Positions 53,317 to 64,000 of a stretch of DNA of 64,000 nt are shown one piece after another. The DNA lies in NCBI GenBank assembly GCA_963796965.1, contig CAWCNS010000006.1, positions 128,001-192,000 on the forward strand. The letters run 5' to 3'. This DNA is from Calditrichia bacterium (GTDB taxonomy: Bacteria; Calditrichota; Calditrichia; JAJRVZ01). Numbering within the stretch: the stretch's first letter is position 1; every line of letters starts with the position of its first letter. The notes beneath the pieces are model-generated. The model did not search any database. It had not been told where the DNA came from and was given only the letters and a program-made list of their open reading frames with translations. A program made the translations under genes and the position numbers.

Positions 53317-55933
53317 CTAATACGAAACATTTCTTGCAGAGCCTGACGGATGCTTTGTTAATTTAAGATCTTGCAATATATCCGCTTTCACATTTATTCG
53401 GAATGAATAATAGTCTACACTGGGCTGCCAATTGAATGACATTTCCCAGCAATGTAAGTCCCGATAAATTGATATACTCTGATAAACAAGATCCTTTTTT
53501 ATTGCATCATAAGTCCCGGTCCAATTAATTTTCCAATTTTTAGTTATTGATACACTTGCCCTGGCTTTAATATTAAACCGTTCAATTTTATTAATAGTAC
53601 TACGATTTAAATTATAATTAAAATTAAAATTTACACGCCAGGGGATATTGACGCGTTTGGCTGCAAATTCATCAGAGATATCTTCTTCCGAATAATACAG
53701 ATCTTCATTCCTAAGATCATCTTCTTCTTCCTCGAGCACTTCCTCCATACCTTCCTCTGCCGCGACTTCTGCTTTTTTATCGCCCTTCCCTTTAAAAATT
53801 GATTGATCGAGTGAAAAACCCATATTAGCATTTAAATTGAGAAGTCTGGGAATTGTATATTCATTGATTGCTCCACTACCCTGTGAATTTCTCTTGTAGA
53901 AACTATGTTGACTTGAGACAGTAATATTTACCCCTTTTACAGGCGAAGCAGAAAAATTTGATGATAAGTTCTGCCATTTAAGACTATCAGCTAAAAAATT
54001 AATCCCCGTATTAAAATTCCATGTAAACAAATCTACTTTAGTTTCTTCATCTCCATCAACCATTTTTGCCTGAAAGAAATTTCTCAATCCAATTTGCATC
54101 GATTGAGCTTTTCCTCTTGGCGTACCACCAAACGCTGTATTTCCAAACCGATCTACAGGAGTTATATTTCCAGAGCTATCCACAACTTCTACATAGTAAC
54201 CATATGAGGGATCTGAAAAATCTGGAGAGAAGCGAAAAGAAACACTTGGATCCAATTTGTGACGTATAAACTTTAGATTACCGATATTAGGTTCGAAAAG
54301 TCCAAACATGGTGGTATTTAATGAAATTGCCCCGCTATAGGTCTGACGTATGGCAAAACCCGATACCTCATTCTTTGCAACACCATCAATCAATGAATCA
54401 TATTCGGCTGCTGTTGTTTCATTTACCCAAATGGAGTTGTAAGATATTGACGGTGATATATTGAAATATTTAAAGATCTTTTGTGGTGAGTTCAGACTTA
54501 TATCATGTTTAATACCATATTTCTCATCACTTTCAAAAGTATCATCCTCTAATTTTATTGAACCTCCCTTCCCAAGAAGCTTGACCGGTGTATGAAAAAT
54601 TGACTTGTTGATACCATGCACGTTCCCCACGAGGCATTTCTCCGGTAATCGTTTCATAAATGGAAGACTGAGATCTTGAAAAACGTAAATTTGGCGCTGT
54701 ATAGGTGGTTGTTCCTGTTTGCAAATTTTCTGTCCGGCTCAAACTAAACTGCATACTATTTTTTGTTCCTGTCCATTTTTTGCTTAAAGTCAGATTTGAG
54801 GTTAAAATTTGATCAACGCGCCGGTTGTAATCTGATGCATAATCTTTTGCCAGCTCACCATCGCTTTGAAATTTTCCACTGGCTGCTAAACGAAGTGTAG
54901 GATCAATGGTTTGTGTATGTGAGAACTGGAGTGCCCAACGATTTCTTAATTCTGGTCGGTTTGGATCAGTGGGAAGATAAAATCCGGAAACTCGTCCATT
55001 CAGTATGTAACGTATGATATAGTTAAAATTTGCGCTATAGGTAAAACCTAATTTATCATAATAATCCGCGGCAAAAGTAGCATCAATATAATCATTCGGT
55101 GCCCAATAATATCCCATATTCTTCAGAAATCTCCCACCATATGCGCTTTCTCCATAACTCGGAATCACGATACCGGAATGACGGCCCTTTTTGTTTGGAA
55201 ATACGCCAAATGGGATTACCATCAGGGGTACATCTGCAATATAGAGATAGACCGGTCTGGCAACTACCTTTTCACCAACCTCTACCCGCATCTTGGGACT
55301 GCGGAAATAAAAATGGGGATGATCGATATATTCGCATGAAGTAAAATATCCATCTTCAACTAATAGCGTTTTATCCGTTATCTTATAAATTTGTTCACCT
55401 TTATAATATCCTGGGGGCATTTTAGTTTTACCATTTCCAATTTTTCCCCTTTTGGTATTAAAGTCGTAATAAAGTGTTGTTCCTTGGATGGGCTCCTCTC
55501 CTCTTTCGGAAAAAACTGGAGTACCAGAATATATTGGATTACCTTCACTATCCACAGTGTCCAAAACTCCCTCTGCAAACATCGTTTTATCATCTTGATC
55601 AATCATTATTTTCTCGGCATCGAGTTTCAAATTCTGATAAACAACCTTTGCATCTCCTTGAAGATATATCTTATTTCCTGTACGGCTAACACTTACAATC
55701 GATGCAGAATATATAATAGGTCCATCTAATTGCATACCTTGCTTCTTATCATCCTTAGTTGAATCTATCTGCACTGAATCCGATACTAATGAATCGCTAT
55801 TTGCATTCTGGATTAAGGTATCTGATGATAGGGTATCTTCTAAAACAGGTAGGTTATACGAGAAAACTCCCGATGCAAAAATAAGCAAAAACCAGGTGAT
55901 CTTAGTTATTAATTTTGCAGGACCATTAGTCAT
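53317..55933 (-). CDS. lptD: LPS-assembly protein LptD-like (frameshift near 54590)
   Basis: OstA-like N-terminus, FTSC..PHFYF, GYYWAPNDY, C-terminal RDLHCWEMSF. Confidence 0.85.
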
Positions 55934-56067
55934 CAGAAATATCTATATTTAGTAATAAATTTGGCAAAGACATATTATTGTACGAAATTATAACAAATCG
56001 TTTCCATCAGCGTTAATTTCATTGCATTTTCTTATCCCAAAAAAGATAAACAATACGAAGTACCATC

Positions 56068-58193
56068 TCAGGGTATCAGGGCAAAATCAACTTTACCATC
56101 TTCCATACTAACTTTGTCTACTCTAATCTTTACTTCATCTCCCAACCTTAACTTAAATCCTGTATCCCGACCAACTAAAGTATATGTCTTTTCATCATAA
56201 ATATAATAATCGTCATCGAGATTTCGAATATGAACCAGTCCCTCAACCAGGGTATCAATTAATTCAATAAAAATTCCAAATGACATCACACCAGAAATTA
56301 CACCCTTAAATTCTTCTCCTATTTTTTGACTGATATATTCCACTTGTTTAAGTCTGATTGATTCACGTTCCGCCTCCATCGCCGTGCGTTCGGTAATATT
56401 TGATTGGTCACAGATCTTTTGGAGTGATTGAACTTTCTATGGTTCTGTTCTCTTGGGCTTCCTTTAATGTATTGTTTTAACAACCGGTGAACCATTAAAT
56501 CCGGATACCTTCGAATAGGAGAAGTAAAATGTGTATAGTCATTAAAACCCAGACCAAAGTGCCCGATGTTTTTTGTGGCATATACTGCTTTCATCATTGA
56601 CCGCAGAGCAACCTCTTCAATTACAATCTCCTCTTTTCTGCCTTTTATACTGTTTAATAATCCTTGAAAGTATTGAGAGGTTACATTTTTTGCTGGCTGA
56701 AATTTTATTTTTAGAGCATCGAAGAAACTCAAAAAACTTATTCATTTTATCCTTGTCAGGTTTTTCATGAATACGGTAAATAAAAGGCGGACTTTCCTTG
56801 CCAGATCCCATATTTTGAATGTGTTGAGCAACGGTTTTATTGGCCAAAAGCATAAATTCTTCTATCAGACGATGGGAATCTAGTCTTTCCTTTCGGGTGA
56901 TGCTCGTAGGAAATCCTCGTTCATCAAGATCAAATACAATTTCTGGTGTTTCGAAATCGATTCCACCCTCATCTAATCGTTTTTTTGTTAAAATTTTGCT
57001 TAAACGCATCATGCTCTTTAGCGTGTCAGTATGATCACTTTCTTTTTTATCATCTACTACTTTTTGTGCCTCTTCGTAAGTAAATCTATATTTACTATTA
57101 ATAATAGAAGGTTTTATTGAATGGGAAATAACTTCTCCTTGCGGGTTGATCTCCATAATACAGGAAAAAGTAAGTTTATCCTCATTGGGGCGCAAACTGC
57201 ATAAATTATTAGATAAATATTCTGGCAACATTGGAATTACCCGGTCTACTAAATAAGTACTCGTTCCTCTGTTAAAAGCTTCCTTTCTCAATCTGAGCGT
57301 TTTCATTGACATAGTGGCTAACATCGGCAATGTGAACACCTAGTGAATAATTTCCATTTTTTAAAACCTCGAGAGATACTGCATCATCAAAATCTTTTGC
57401 GTCGAAAGGATCAATTGTAAAAATTTCTTGTTTGCGCAAATCAATCCGTATGGTTAATTTCTTTTTCTTCTATTTCAGATTTAATCTGCGAGGCCTCTTT
57501 CGCAGGCGCATCCGGAAAAGTTGTAGAAATACCAAAAGAATAGGCAACAGCAGCGACATCCACACCAGGGTCCCCCGGATAGCCAAGAATTTCTAATACT
57601 TTTCCTTCTGGATTTAAATGGTCCGTATCCCATTTTTCTAATTTGACCAGAATTTTCTGACCCTCTTTTGCCTCTTTTTGTTTTTCTTTTGGGATAAAAA
57701 AGTCTCTGTATATCTTAGGATCATCTGGTACCATAAAACCATAATAACTTGTCTTATGAAAAGTTCCAACAAATTGACTCCTTTTACGTTCAATTATTTT
57801 TGTAACAAATCCCTCGAGATTTTTACCGCGATGTCGTGCATAGAGTTTTACTTCAACAACATCTTTGTCTAATGCTGTATTTAAGTGATCCCTGCTTATA
57901 TATACATCTGTTTCATTATCCTCCTGAATAACAAATCCAAAACCACCCCTGGTAAGTCTTAATTCTCCAAAAATCTTTTTAGTTTTAGCGGCAAGCGAAT
58001 AACCACCACTCTTTTTGTCTTTATTTAACCTACCAGACTGTATTAACGAATCCATCGCCTTTTCAAACAATCGTATATTCTTATTACTTATACCAAGATC
58101 ATTTTTAATTTCCTCAATTTTTGTAACGGAATTTCTTCTTTTTACAAAAGAGATAATATTTTTCTGCTGTTTATTAATCTTTTTTTTGTCCAT
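56068..58193 (-). CDS. rnr: Ribonuclease R (several frameshifts)
   Basis: GFGFV cold-shock domain, [38 protein letters not shown] and S1 domain across four fragments. Confidence 0.9.
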
Positions 58194-58196
58194 AAT

Positions 58197-59072
58197 TTAT
58201 ATAACCTCAATTTGAAGAATTCTGGGAATATCATTTAAATCATTAAAAATCTGTATTTCTTTTACTTTTAGTTTCTCTGCCCGATCAATAATTATCTCAG
58301 ACTGGGTACCGCTGAGTTCTAATACGAAGAATTTACTCTTAAGCCCCTTCTCAATCAACGAGAAGATTTTATCATAAAAGGTGAATCCATCCTTCTCATC
58401 TGTTAATGCCACATGCGGTTCGTATGATTTAACTTCTTCTTCAAGACCTGTCATCTCACTCTTGCCAATATAAGGGGGATTAGATACTATAATATTAGGG
58501 TGTAATGAGGCCGGAAGCTCCTCTTCCAAAAAATTGTGATGAATTAACTGAACTTCTTTTTCCATACGATTTAGTTTAATGTTAGAATCCGCAATTTGAA
58601 GCGCATCAGTGGAGACATCACTCCCAACAACTCTACTTTCAGGCCAGAGTAGGGCTATGCTGATGGCAATGCATCCACTTCCGGTTCCGATATCCCAAAT
58701 AGTCGGAATATTCTCTTTAAATTTTTCTTTTAGAAGTAAGACTTTCTCTACTAATAACTCTGTTTCAGGACGTGGTATTAATACGGAAGGAGATACATTA
58801 AATTTAAATCCCATAAATTCTGTTTCACCTATAATATATTGCAGGGGTTCATGCTCTGCTCTTCTTTTGATTAAATCACGATAGGTATTTAATTCGGAAG
58901 TAGTAAGAATGCGATCGTACTGAAGATATAGTTGAATTCGATCAATTTCTAACACATGAGATAGAAGCCACTCAGCACTTAATCTGAAATGATAAATTTC
59001 CTTTTTTTTAAAATAGTCGCTGGTGCGATTTATCGCTTCTACAATGGTTAGGGGATTTTTTTGAATTGACAT
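58197..59072 (-). CDS. prmC: Release factor glutamine methyltransferase
   Basis: EPLQYI, LIPRPETE, DIGTGSG, SNPPY. Confidence 0.95.
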   Translation of the reverse strand: MSIQKNPLTIVEAINRTSDYFKKKEIYHFRLSAEWLLSHVLEIDRIQLYLQYDRILTTSELNTYRDLIKRRAEHEPLQYIIGETEFMGFKFNVSPSVLIPRPETELLVEKVLLLKEKFKENIPTIWDIGTGSGCIAISIALLWPESRVVGSDVSTDALQIADSNIKLNRMEKEVQLIHHNFLEEELPASLHPNIIVSNPPYIGKSEMTGLEEEVKSYEPHVALTDEKDGFTFYDKIFSLIEKGLKSKFFVLELSGTQSEIIIDRAEKLKVKEIQIFNDLNDIPRILQIEVI

Positions 59073-59211
59073 GAATACTGTCAGTTTAAAGGAAGAATGA
59101 TATGTAATTTATATTCGTGAAATATAAGTAAGTTTCAACTACTGTGCGCAAATTAAGTCTAAGTTATTACAAATATATCTATTTAATAAAGATCGCCAAT
59201 AAGTATATATT

Positions 59212-60285
59212 CTAAACCATCTCTTCCTGAAGACGTTGATTTCTATCAGTAATATGTAATCGATCCACAAATTCATCCAGCTCGCCTTCAAGTACTTTAT
59301 CTAATTTATATAGTGTAAGGTTTATTCTATGATCCGTCACCCGTCCTTGAGGATAATTATATGTTCTAATTTTGGCACTTCGATCACCCCCAGCAACCAT
59401 ATTTCTTCTCTGCGAGGTAATAGATTCATTCCGCTCGGATTGTGCTTTATCAAATAGTCTTGCCTTGAGGACTTTCATCGCTTTATTTTTATTTTTTAAT
59501 TGTGATTTTTCATCTTGGCAGGTAACCACAATTCCAGTCGGTATATGAGTAATTCTTACTGCGGAATCAGTAGTATTCACACTTTGTCCCCCCGGGCCGG
59601 AAGAACGATAGACATCAACCCTCAAATCATTAGGGTTAATATCAATCTCAACATCTTCTACCTCAGGTAATATGACGACAGAAGAGGCAGAAGTATGAAT
59701 ACGGCCTTGTGTTTCTGTATCTGGAACACGCTGAACACGATGAACTCCACTCTCAAACTTTAATGTGCCGTAGCCATTATCTCCGCTCACGATAAAAATA
59801 ATTTCTTTAAACCCGCCTCTTTCTGAAATATTTGTGCTCAATTGCTCAATTTTTAATTTTTTCCGTTCACAAAATTTTGAATACATGCGATAGAGATCAC
59901 CAGCAAATATAGCGGCCTCATCTCCGCCGGTTCCAGCCCGGATTTCCACAATAGCATTCTTTGAATCATTGGGATCTTTGGGAATAAGAAGATGTTTTAA
60001 TTGCTCTTCCATTTCCTCCCGCTTGGAACTAAGCCCGGATATTTCTTCTTTTGCAATTTCAATCAATTCTTCATCATCTCCAGCATCGATAATTTCTTGA
60101 TCCTCATCAATTTGAAGGATCAGCTCATAAAGTTGGTCATACTGACTGATTACCTGTTGCAATTCATTCTGTTCTCTGGCCAGTTTTCTGAATTTCACTT
60201 GATCTGATAAAACTTCAGGTCGGGATAATTCCTGTGCTAATTCATCATTTCTTGATCGTATTTTCTCAATTTTCTCTTCAAGCAT
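59212..60285 (-). CDS. prfA: Peptide chain release factor 1
   Basis: RVPDTE (PxT) and GPGGQ motifs. Confidence 0.96.
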   Translation of the reverse strand: MLEEKIEKIRSRNDELAQELSRPEVLSDQVKFRKLAREQNELQQVISQYDQLYELILQIDEDQEIIDAGDDEELIEIAKEEISGLSSKREEMEEQLKHLLIPKDPNDSKNAIVEIRAGTGGDEAAIFAGDLYRMYSKFCERKKLKIEQLSTNISERGGFKEIIFIVSGDNGYGTLKFESGVHRVQRVPDTETQGRIHTSASSVVILPEVEDVEIDINPNDLRVDVYRSSGPGGQSVNTTDSAVRITHIPTGIVVTCQDEKSQLKNKNKAMKVLKARLFDKAQSERNESITSQRRNMVAGGDRSAKIRTYNYPQGRVTDHRINLTLYKLDKVLEGELDEFVDRLHITDRNQRLQEEMV

Positions 60286-60294
60286 ATTTTCCCC

Positions 60295-61306
60295 TCAAAT
60301 CGCAGCCTTCTCTGATGGAACAGATTCTTCAGGAACCAACTCATCTTTATAGTCGTCGCCCAAGGCCGCACGCAGGGCAGCTGATTGCAACTTCAACCTG
60401 ACTATTATCTGGTTGACTTGTTGTGATTCTCTGCAATCCCAGACCCGGTGTAATAAGCCATCGGACTATTTTAGAATCAGCATGTTTAGCGGATGCTTTC
60501 AATGCTTCATATGAAAGACCGCCGACAAATGGAATGAGAGGGATATGTGTAACTAAACGTGTTATTAAGATTAATACTTCCTGTAAATGAGATGATAAGT
60601 GAATCCAAAAATGCGAAGAAAATTAGGGATATCAACATTACAATTACAATAAAACTCGTTCCACACCGCGGATGAAATGTTGAATATTCCTGCACATTTA
60701 GGAGCAGAAAGAAATACCTTATCTTCAAAAGCAAAAATTGATTTGTGTTCAGCACCATGATATTGGAAAAGACGTTTAACATCTTTCATAAATGAAATTC
60801 CCCAAACATATAGCAGGAAGAAAACGATTCGGATAAGACCAGAGACAAAGTTAAAAAGCAAGGCTTCTTTTTCAATATTAAAAATTTCAGTGGTTAGATA
60901 GAGAGGTAAAATAAAAAACATACCTATACCTATACTCAATGCAATGGCAACAGTAAATATAGCACTCGCTGTTGACATTCCTTGTTTTTTCTTTTTTTTG
61001 GGTTTTTTGCCCTTCTTTATCTCTTCCTCTTCTACATCTTCCATCGCTTTATCAGCCGACCATTGTAATGTCTTAATACCGAGAATCATTACTTCAATCA
61101 AGGTTACGGCGCCACGAATAATTGGCATATTAAATATTTTCTTTCGCTGTATTAAAGATGTATATTCATCCGTTTTAACTTCAATCGTCACCACTGGCTC
61201 TTCTTATTGCCGTAGCCAACCGTTTAGGTGAACGCATCATGACACCTTCAATAACAGCTTGCCCTCCCACCGGCATTATTTTTTCTTCAACTTCTTGTTT
61301 CTTCAT
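60295..61306 (-). CDS. DUF1385/YqhQ family membrane protein (frameshifted)
   Basis: [22 protein letters not shown] and HPRCGTSF in successive frames; usual position between rpmE and prfA. Confidence 0.88.
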
Positions 61307-61363
61307 ATATATATCCTATTAATAGATAATAATAATTTTATAACTATGGTAGTAGACTTAAAC

Positions 61364-61407
61364 AAAAAAACGGAACATGCGCTTTCAATTCAGTCATGTT
61401 CCGTTTT
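61364..61407 (-). terminator. Intrinsic terminator after rpmE
   Basis: AAAACGGAACATG...CATGTTCCGTTTT stem with T run. Confidence 0.75.
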
Positions 61408-61435
61408 ATAATATATCTTACCACCCAGGAGGTGG

Positions 61436-61636
61436 TTACTTTTTATTATATTTCTTTAGGAATTTCTCAACCCGTCCTGCAGAGTCAACAAGTTTCTGTT
61501 TACCTGTAAAAAACGGATGACAGGCTGAACAAATTTCTACTTTCATATCTCCAACAGTAGAATAGGTTTGAAATGAATTTCCACATGCACAATTTACTTG
61601 TGTCATTTTATATTCTGGATGTATACCCTTTTTCAT
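61436..61636 (-). CDS. rpmE: 50S ribosomal protein L31 (Zn-binding type)
   Basis: [29 protein letters not shown]. Confidence 0.96.
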   Translation of the reverse strand: MKKGIHPEYKMTQVNCACGNSFQTYSTVGDMKVEICSACHPFFTGKQKLVDSAGRVEKFLKKYNKK

Positions 61637-61776
61637 TATAAATACTCCTGATATCATTGATAATATTAAGCCTATTAATTTAATAACAAGATCTTGCATG
61701 TGCAAGTGTATCTTTCCGAAATAGACTATAGCAGGTTTACCGACCTAACAATTTTTTAATTTACTAACAATGGTCA

Positions 61777-63027
61777 TTACGTATTCATGGATCTTAAAAA
61801 GTCTTTATTATCTTTTGTCTCTCTCATTCTTTCAAGTAGAAACTCCATGCCTTCAATAATATTCATTTCATTTAATAATTTTCGCAAAATCCAAACACGT
61901 GACAATTCTTCTCTGGTCAATAATAATTCTTCTTTACGGGTACCTGATTTATTTAATTCAATCGACGGGAATATTCTTCGATCGGTAAGACGGCGATCCA
62001 GAACGAGTTCCATATTACCTGTGCCTTTAAACTCCTCAAAAATGACCTCATCCATCCGGGAACCTGTATCAATAAGTGCAGTAGCCATAATTGTGAGACT
62101 TCCCCCTTCTTCAATATTTCTTGCTGCTCCAAAAAATCTTTTTGGTTTGTGAAGAGCATTTGAATCCACACCACCGGAGAGAATTTTACCGCTATGTGGC
62201 ACGACCGTATTATGGGCCCTTGCCAGACGGGTAATACTATCAAGCAAAATAACAACATCTTTTTTGTATTCAACTAATCGTTTCGCTTTTTCCAAAACCA
62301 TATCAGCAACTTGCACATGGCGCTCAGCTGGTTCATCAAAAGTTGAACTTATGACTTCAGCATCCACCGAACGTTCCATATCGGTCACTTCTTCAGGACG
62401 TTCATCAATTAACAAAACAATCATTTCGACTTCCGGATGATTGGTTGTAATCGAATTTGCAATTTTCTGCAATAATATAGTTTTACCGGTACGTGGTTGG
62501 GCAACAATCATCCCCCTTTGGCCTTTTCCGAGAGGTGTTAGCAAGTTCATAATTCTCATCGAAAAATCACGCGGTTTTGTTTCCAGATTTATACGTTCTT
62601 CGGGATAAAGTGGAGTAAGATTATCAAATAGTAACCTATCCCTTGCCTTTTCTGGAGATTCAAAGTTTACCGCTTCTACGCGTAAAAGGGCAAAAAATCT
62701 TTCGTTATCCTTTGGAGGACGTATTTGTCCGGTAACCGTATCACCTGTTCTAAGGTTAAATCTTTTTATCTGCGATGGTGAGATATAAATGTCATCGGGA
62801 CCGGGTAGGTAATTATAATTTGGTGAACGTAGAAAACCATAGCCATCTGGTAATATTTCCAGCACACCTTTTGAAAACAACAAACCCTCCTGGGCTGTCT
62901 GTTCCTCTAAGATCCTGAAAATTAACTCCGCTTTCTTAAGCCCACTATAACCAGAAATATTCATTTCCTGGGCAATTTTGTTCAATTCAGAGATCTTTTT
63001 TTCTTTTAGTTCTTCGATATCCAGCAT
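61777..63027 (-). CDS. rho: Transcription termination factor Rho
   Basis: [36 protein letters not shown]. Confidence 0.97.
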   Translation of the reverse strand: MLDIEELKEKKISELNKIAQEMNISGYSGLKKAELIFRILEEQTAQEGLLFSKGVLEILPDGYGFLRSPNYNYLPGPDDIYISPSQIKRFNLRTGDTVTGQIRPPKDNERFFALLRVEAVNFESPEKARDRLLFDNLTPLYPEERINLETKPRDFSMRIMNLLTPLGKGQRGMIVAQPRTGKTILLQKIANSITTNHPEVEMIVLLIDERPEEVTDMERSVDAEVISSTFDEPAERHVQVADMVLEKAKRLVEYKKDVVILLDSITRLARAHNTVVPHSGKILSGGVDSNALHKPKRFFGAARNIEEGGSLTIMATALIDTGSRMDEVIFEEFKGTGNMELVLDRRLTDRRIFPSIELNKSGTRKEELLLTREELSRVWILRKLLNEMNIIEGMEFLLERMRETKDNKDFLRSMNT

Positions 63028-63435
63028 CGGATAAAACCTTTCTTCAATTTAGACTCACATTGATTCCTTCTGAAAACCTATGCTATATGGCATATTTGTA
63101 TGAAATTGTCAGGTATTGAGCCAGAAACACATACCGAACATTATAAATTCTGAATAATATATTTGTAATAGACGGCCTGGTCTTAAGGCAATTCAGAGAC
63201 AATTTACCTATAGGGGATATGCTTCTAATTTAACGATGATAATTTCAATAAGGATGTTAACAATAAGTCTTTATAATAATTAATTTAATATATTGTGTTT
63301 ATTTTATTGGTATAATTTAGTGCTCAGCATGAATTCCTATTTTATGATACGAGCATGATTGAATCCACCTTAGGCGAGAAAACTTAAATGGAGCTTTTCG
63401 CAGATGGTTAAATTTAAGCCGTTAATATTATTGTG

Positions 63436-64000
63436 TCAAGTGTTTTTGCCTGAAAACGCAAGTAATTCACCAATGATATAATGACTTCCCATAACAAATA
63501 AAACATCATTTTTAGCCATATTTTGAATTGTTTTGGCATATGCCTCTGTGATTGATTTACAAATAATTGCCTCCATTCCGTATTTTTTAAATTCCTTTAA
63601 TATGAGTTGCGCGGACAAAGCACGGTCGTGTGCTGGTTCAGTAATAATTACATTGCGAAATGATTCATGTATCATCCTAATGATGGGTTTATAGGCTTTG
63701 TCTTCTAATAATCCAAAAAGCAAATACTTCTCACCACTACAGGACAATTTATCGACAAATTCCAGGGTGTGTTTAAAACCAGCATAATTATGACTGACAT
63801 CAAAATAAACTAACGGAGATTGAGAAACTATCTGAAGACGACCTGGCCATGTTATCTCACCTAAAGCTTTTTTAATAAGTTTCTCAGAAAATACCATACT
63901 CGAGTTTTCCAAGAACCATCGGGAACATAAATAAGCCAGACCAGCATTTCCCGCTTGATAATATCCGGCAAGATTTACTCTAATATGTTCAATCGTCTTC
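63436..64000 (-). CDS. folC: FolC bifunctional dihydrofolate/folylpolyglutamate synthase, C-terminal part
   Basis: WPGRLQ, DVSHN, GSHYIIG; LAGYYQ upstream in a shifted frame. Confidence 0.85.
   Translation of the reverse strand, partial: KTIEHIRVNLAGYYQAGNAGLAYLCSRWFLENSSMVFSEKLIKKALGEITWPGRLQIVSQSPLVYFDVSHNYAGFKHTLEFVDKLSCSGEKYLLFGLLEDKAYKPIIRMIHESFRNVIITEPAHDRALSAQLILKEFKKYGMEAIICKSITEAYAKTIQNMAKNDVLFVMGSHYIIGELLAFSGKNT

Noticed and set aside
46951..58193. Calling metG, holB, lptD and rnr true pseudogenes
   Set aside because: Fragments are collinear and full length with conserved motifs; the breaks are frame changes typical of read errors.
49..62273. Numerous short antisense or overlapping ORFs in the track (e.g. 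544-816, 5695-6144, 31364-31765, 43811-44299)
   Set aside because: They are shadows of well-supported genes on the opposite strand or frame and carry no motifs of their own.
63028..63435. ncRNA or Rho-autoregulatory leader in the 400-bp folC-rho gap
   Set aside because: Only one imperfect hairpin (GCGAGAA/TTTTCGC near 63375-63400) was seen and no recognisable RNA family; an Infernal/Rfam search would be needed.

Overview
Low-GC bacterial chromosomal window. Gene content and order suggest an FCB-group organism, possibly Calditrichota-like (inference). The left part carries amino-acid biosynthesis genes (pheA, DAHP synthase/chorismate mutase, an ilvD-ilvB-ilvN-ilvC-leuB-leuA-leuC-leuD-cimA operon, trpB2), a CzcCBA-type RND efflux system, a multi-PAS hybrid kinase, nfuA, a radical SAM gene and sdhCAB. 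The right part is a housekeeping run (folC, rho, rpmE, prfA, prmC, rnr, lptD, tonB/exbBD, holB, metG, tatD, rsmA, mgtE, recO, glyQS) with many frameshifts that look like assembly indels. Reading outside the ORF track gave two main results. (1) An AT-rich locus between glyQS and hflX (37.7-41.7 kb) holds four tandem small signal-peptide-bearing, Pro-rich peptide genes, three of them missing from the ORF track. They lie downstream of a polytopic membrane protein and a soluble PAS-kinase-receiver, making this a candidate undescribed peptide signalling system. (2) There are three unannotated leader-peptide attenuators: a W/Y/F leader before DAHP synthase, a Trp leader before trpB2, and an Ile/Leu/Val leader before ilvD that seems to act by RBS sequestration rather than intrinsic termination. 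No tRNA, rRNA, CRISPR array or IS element was recognised.
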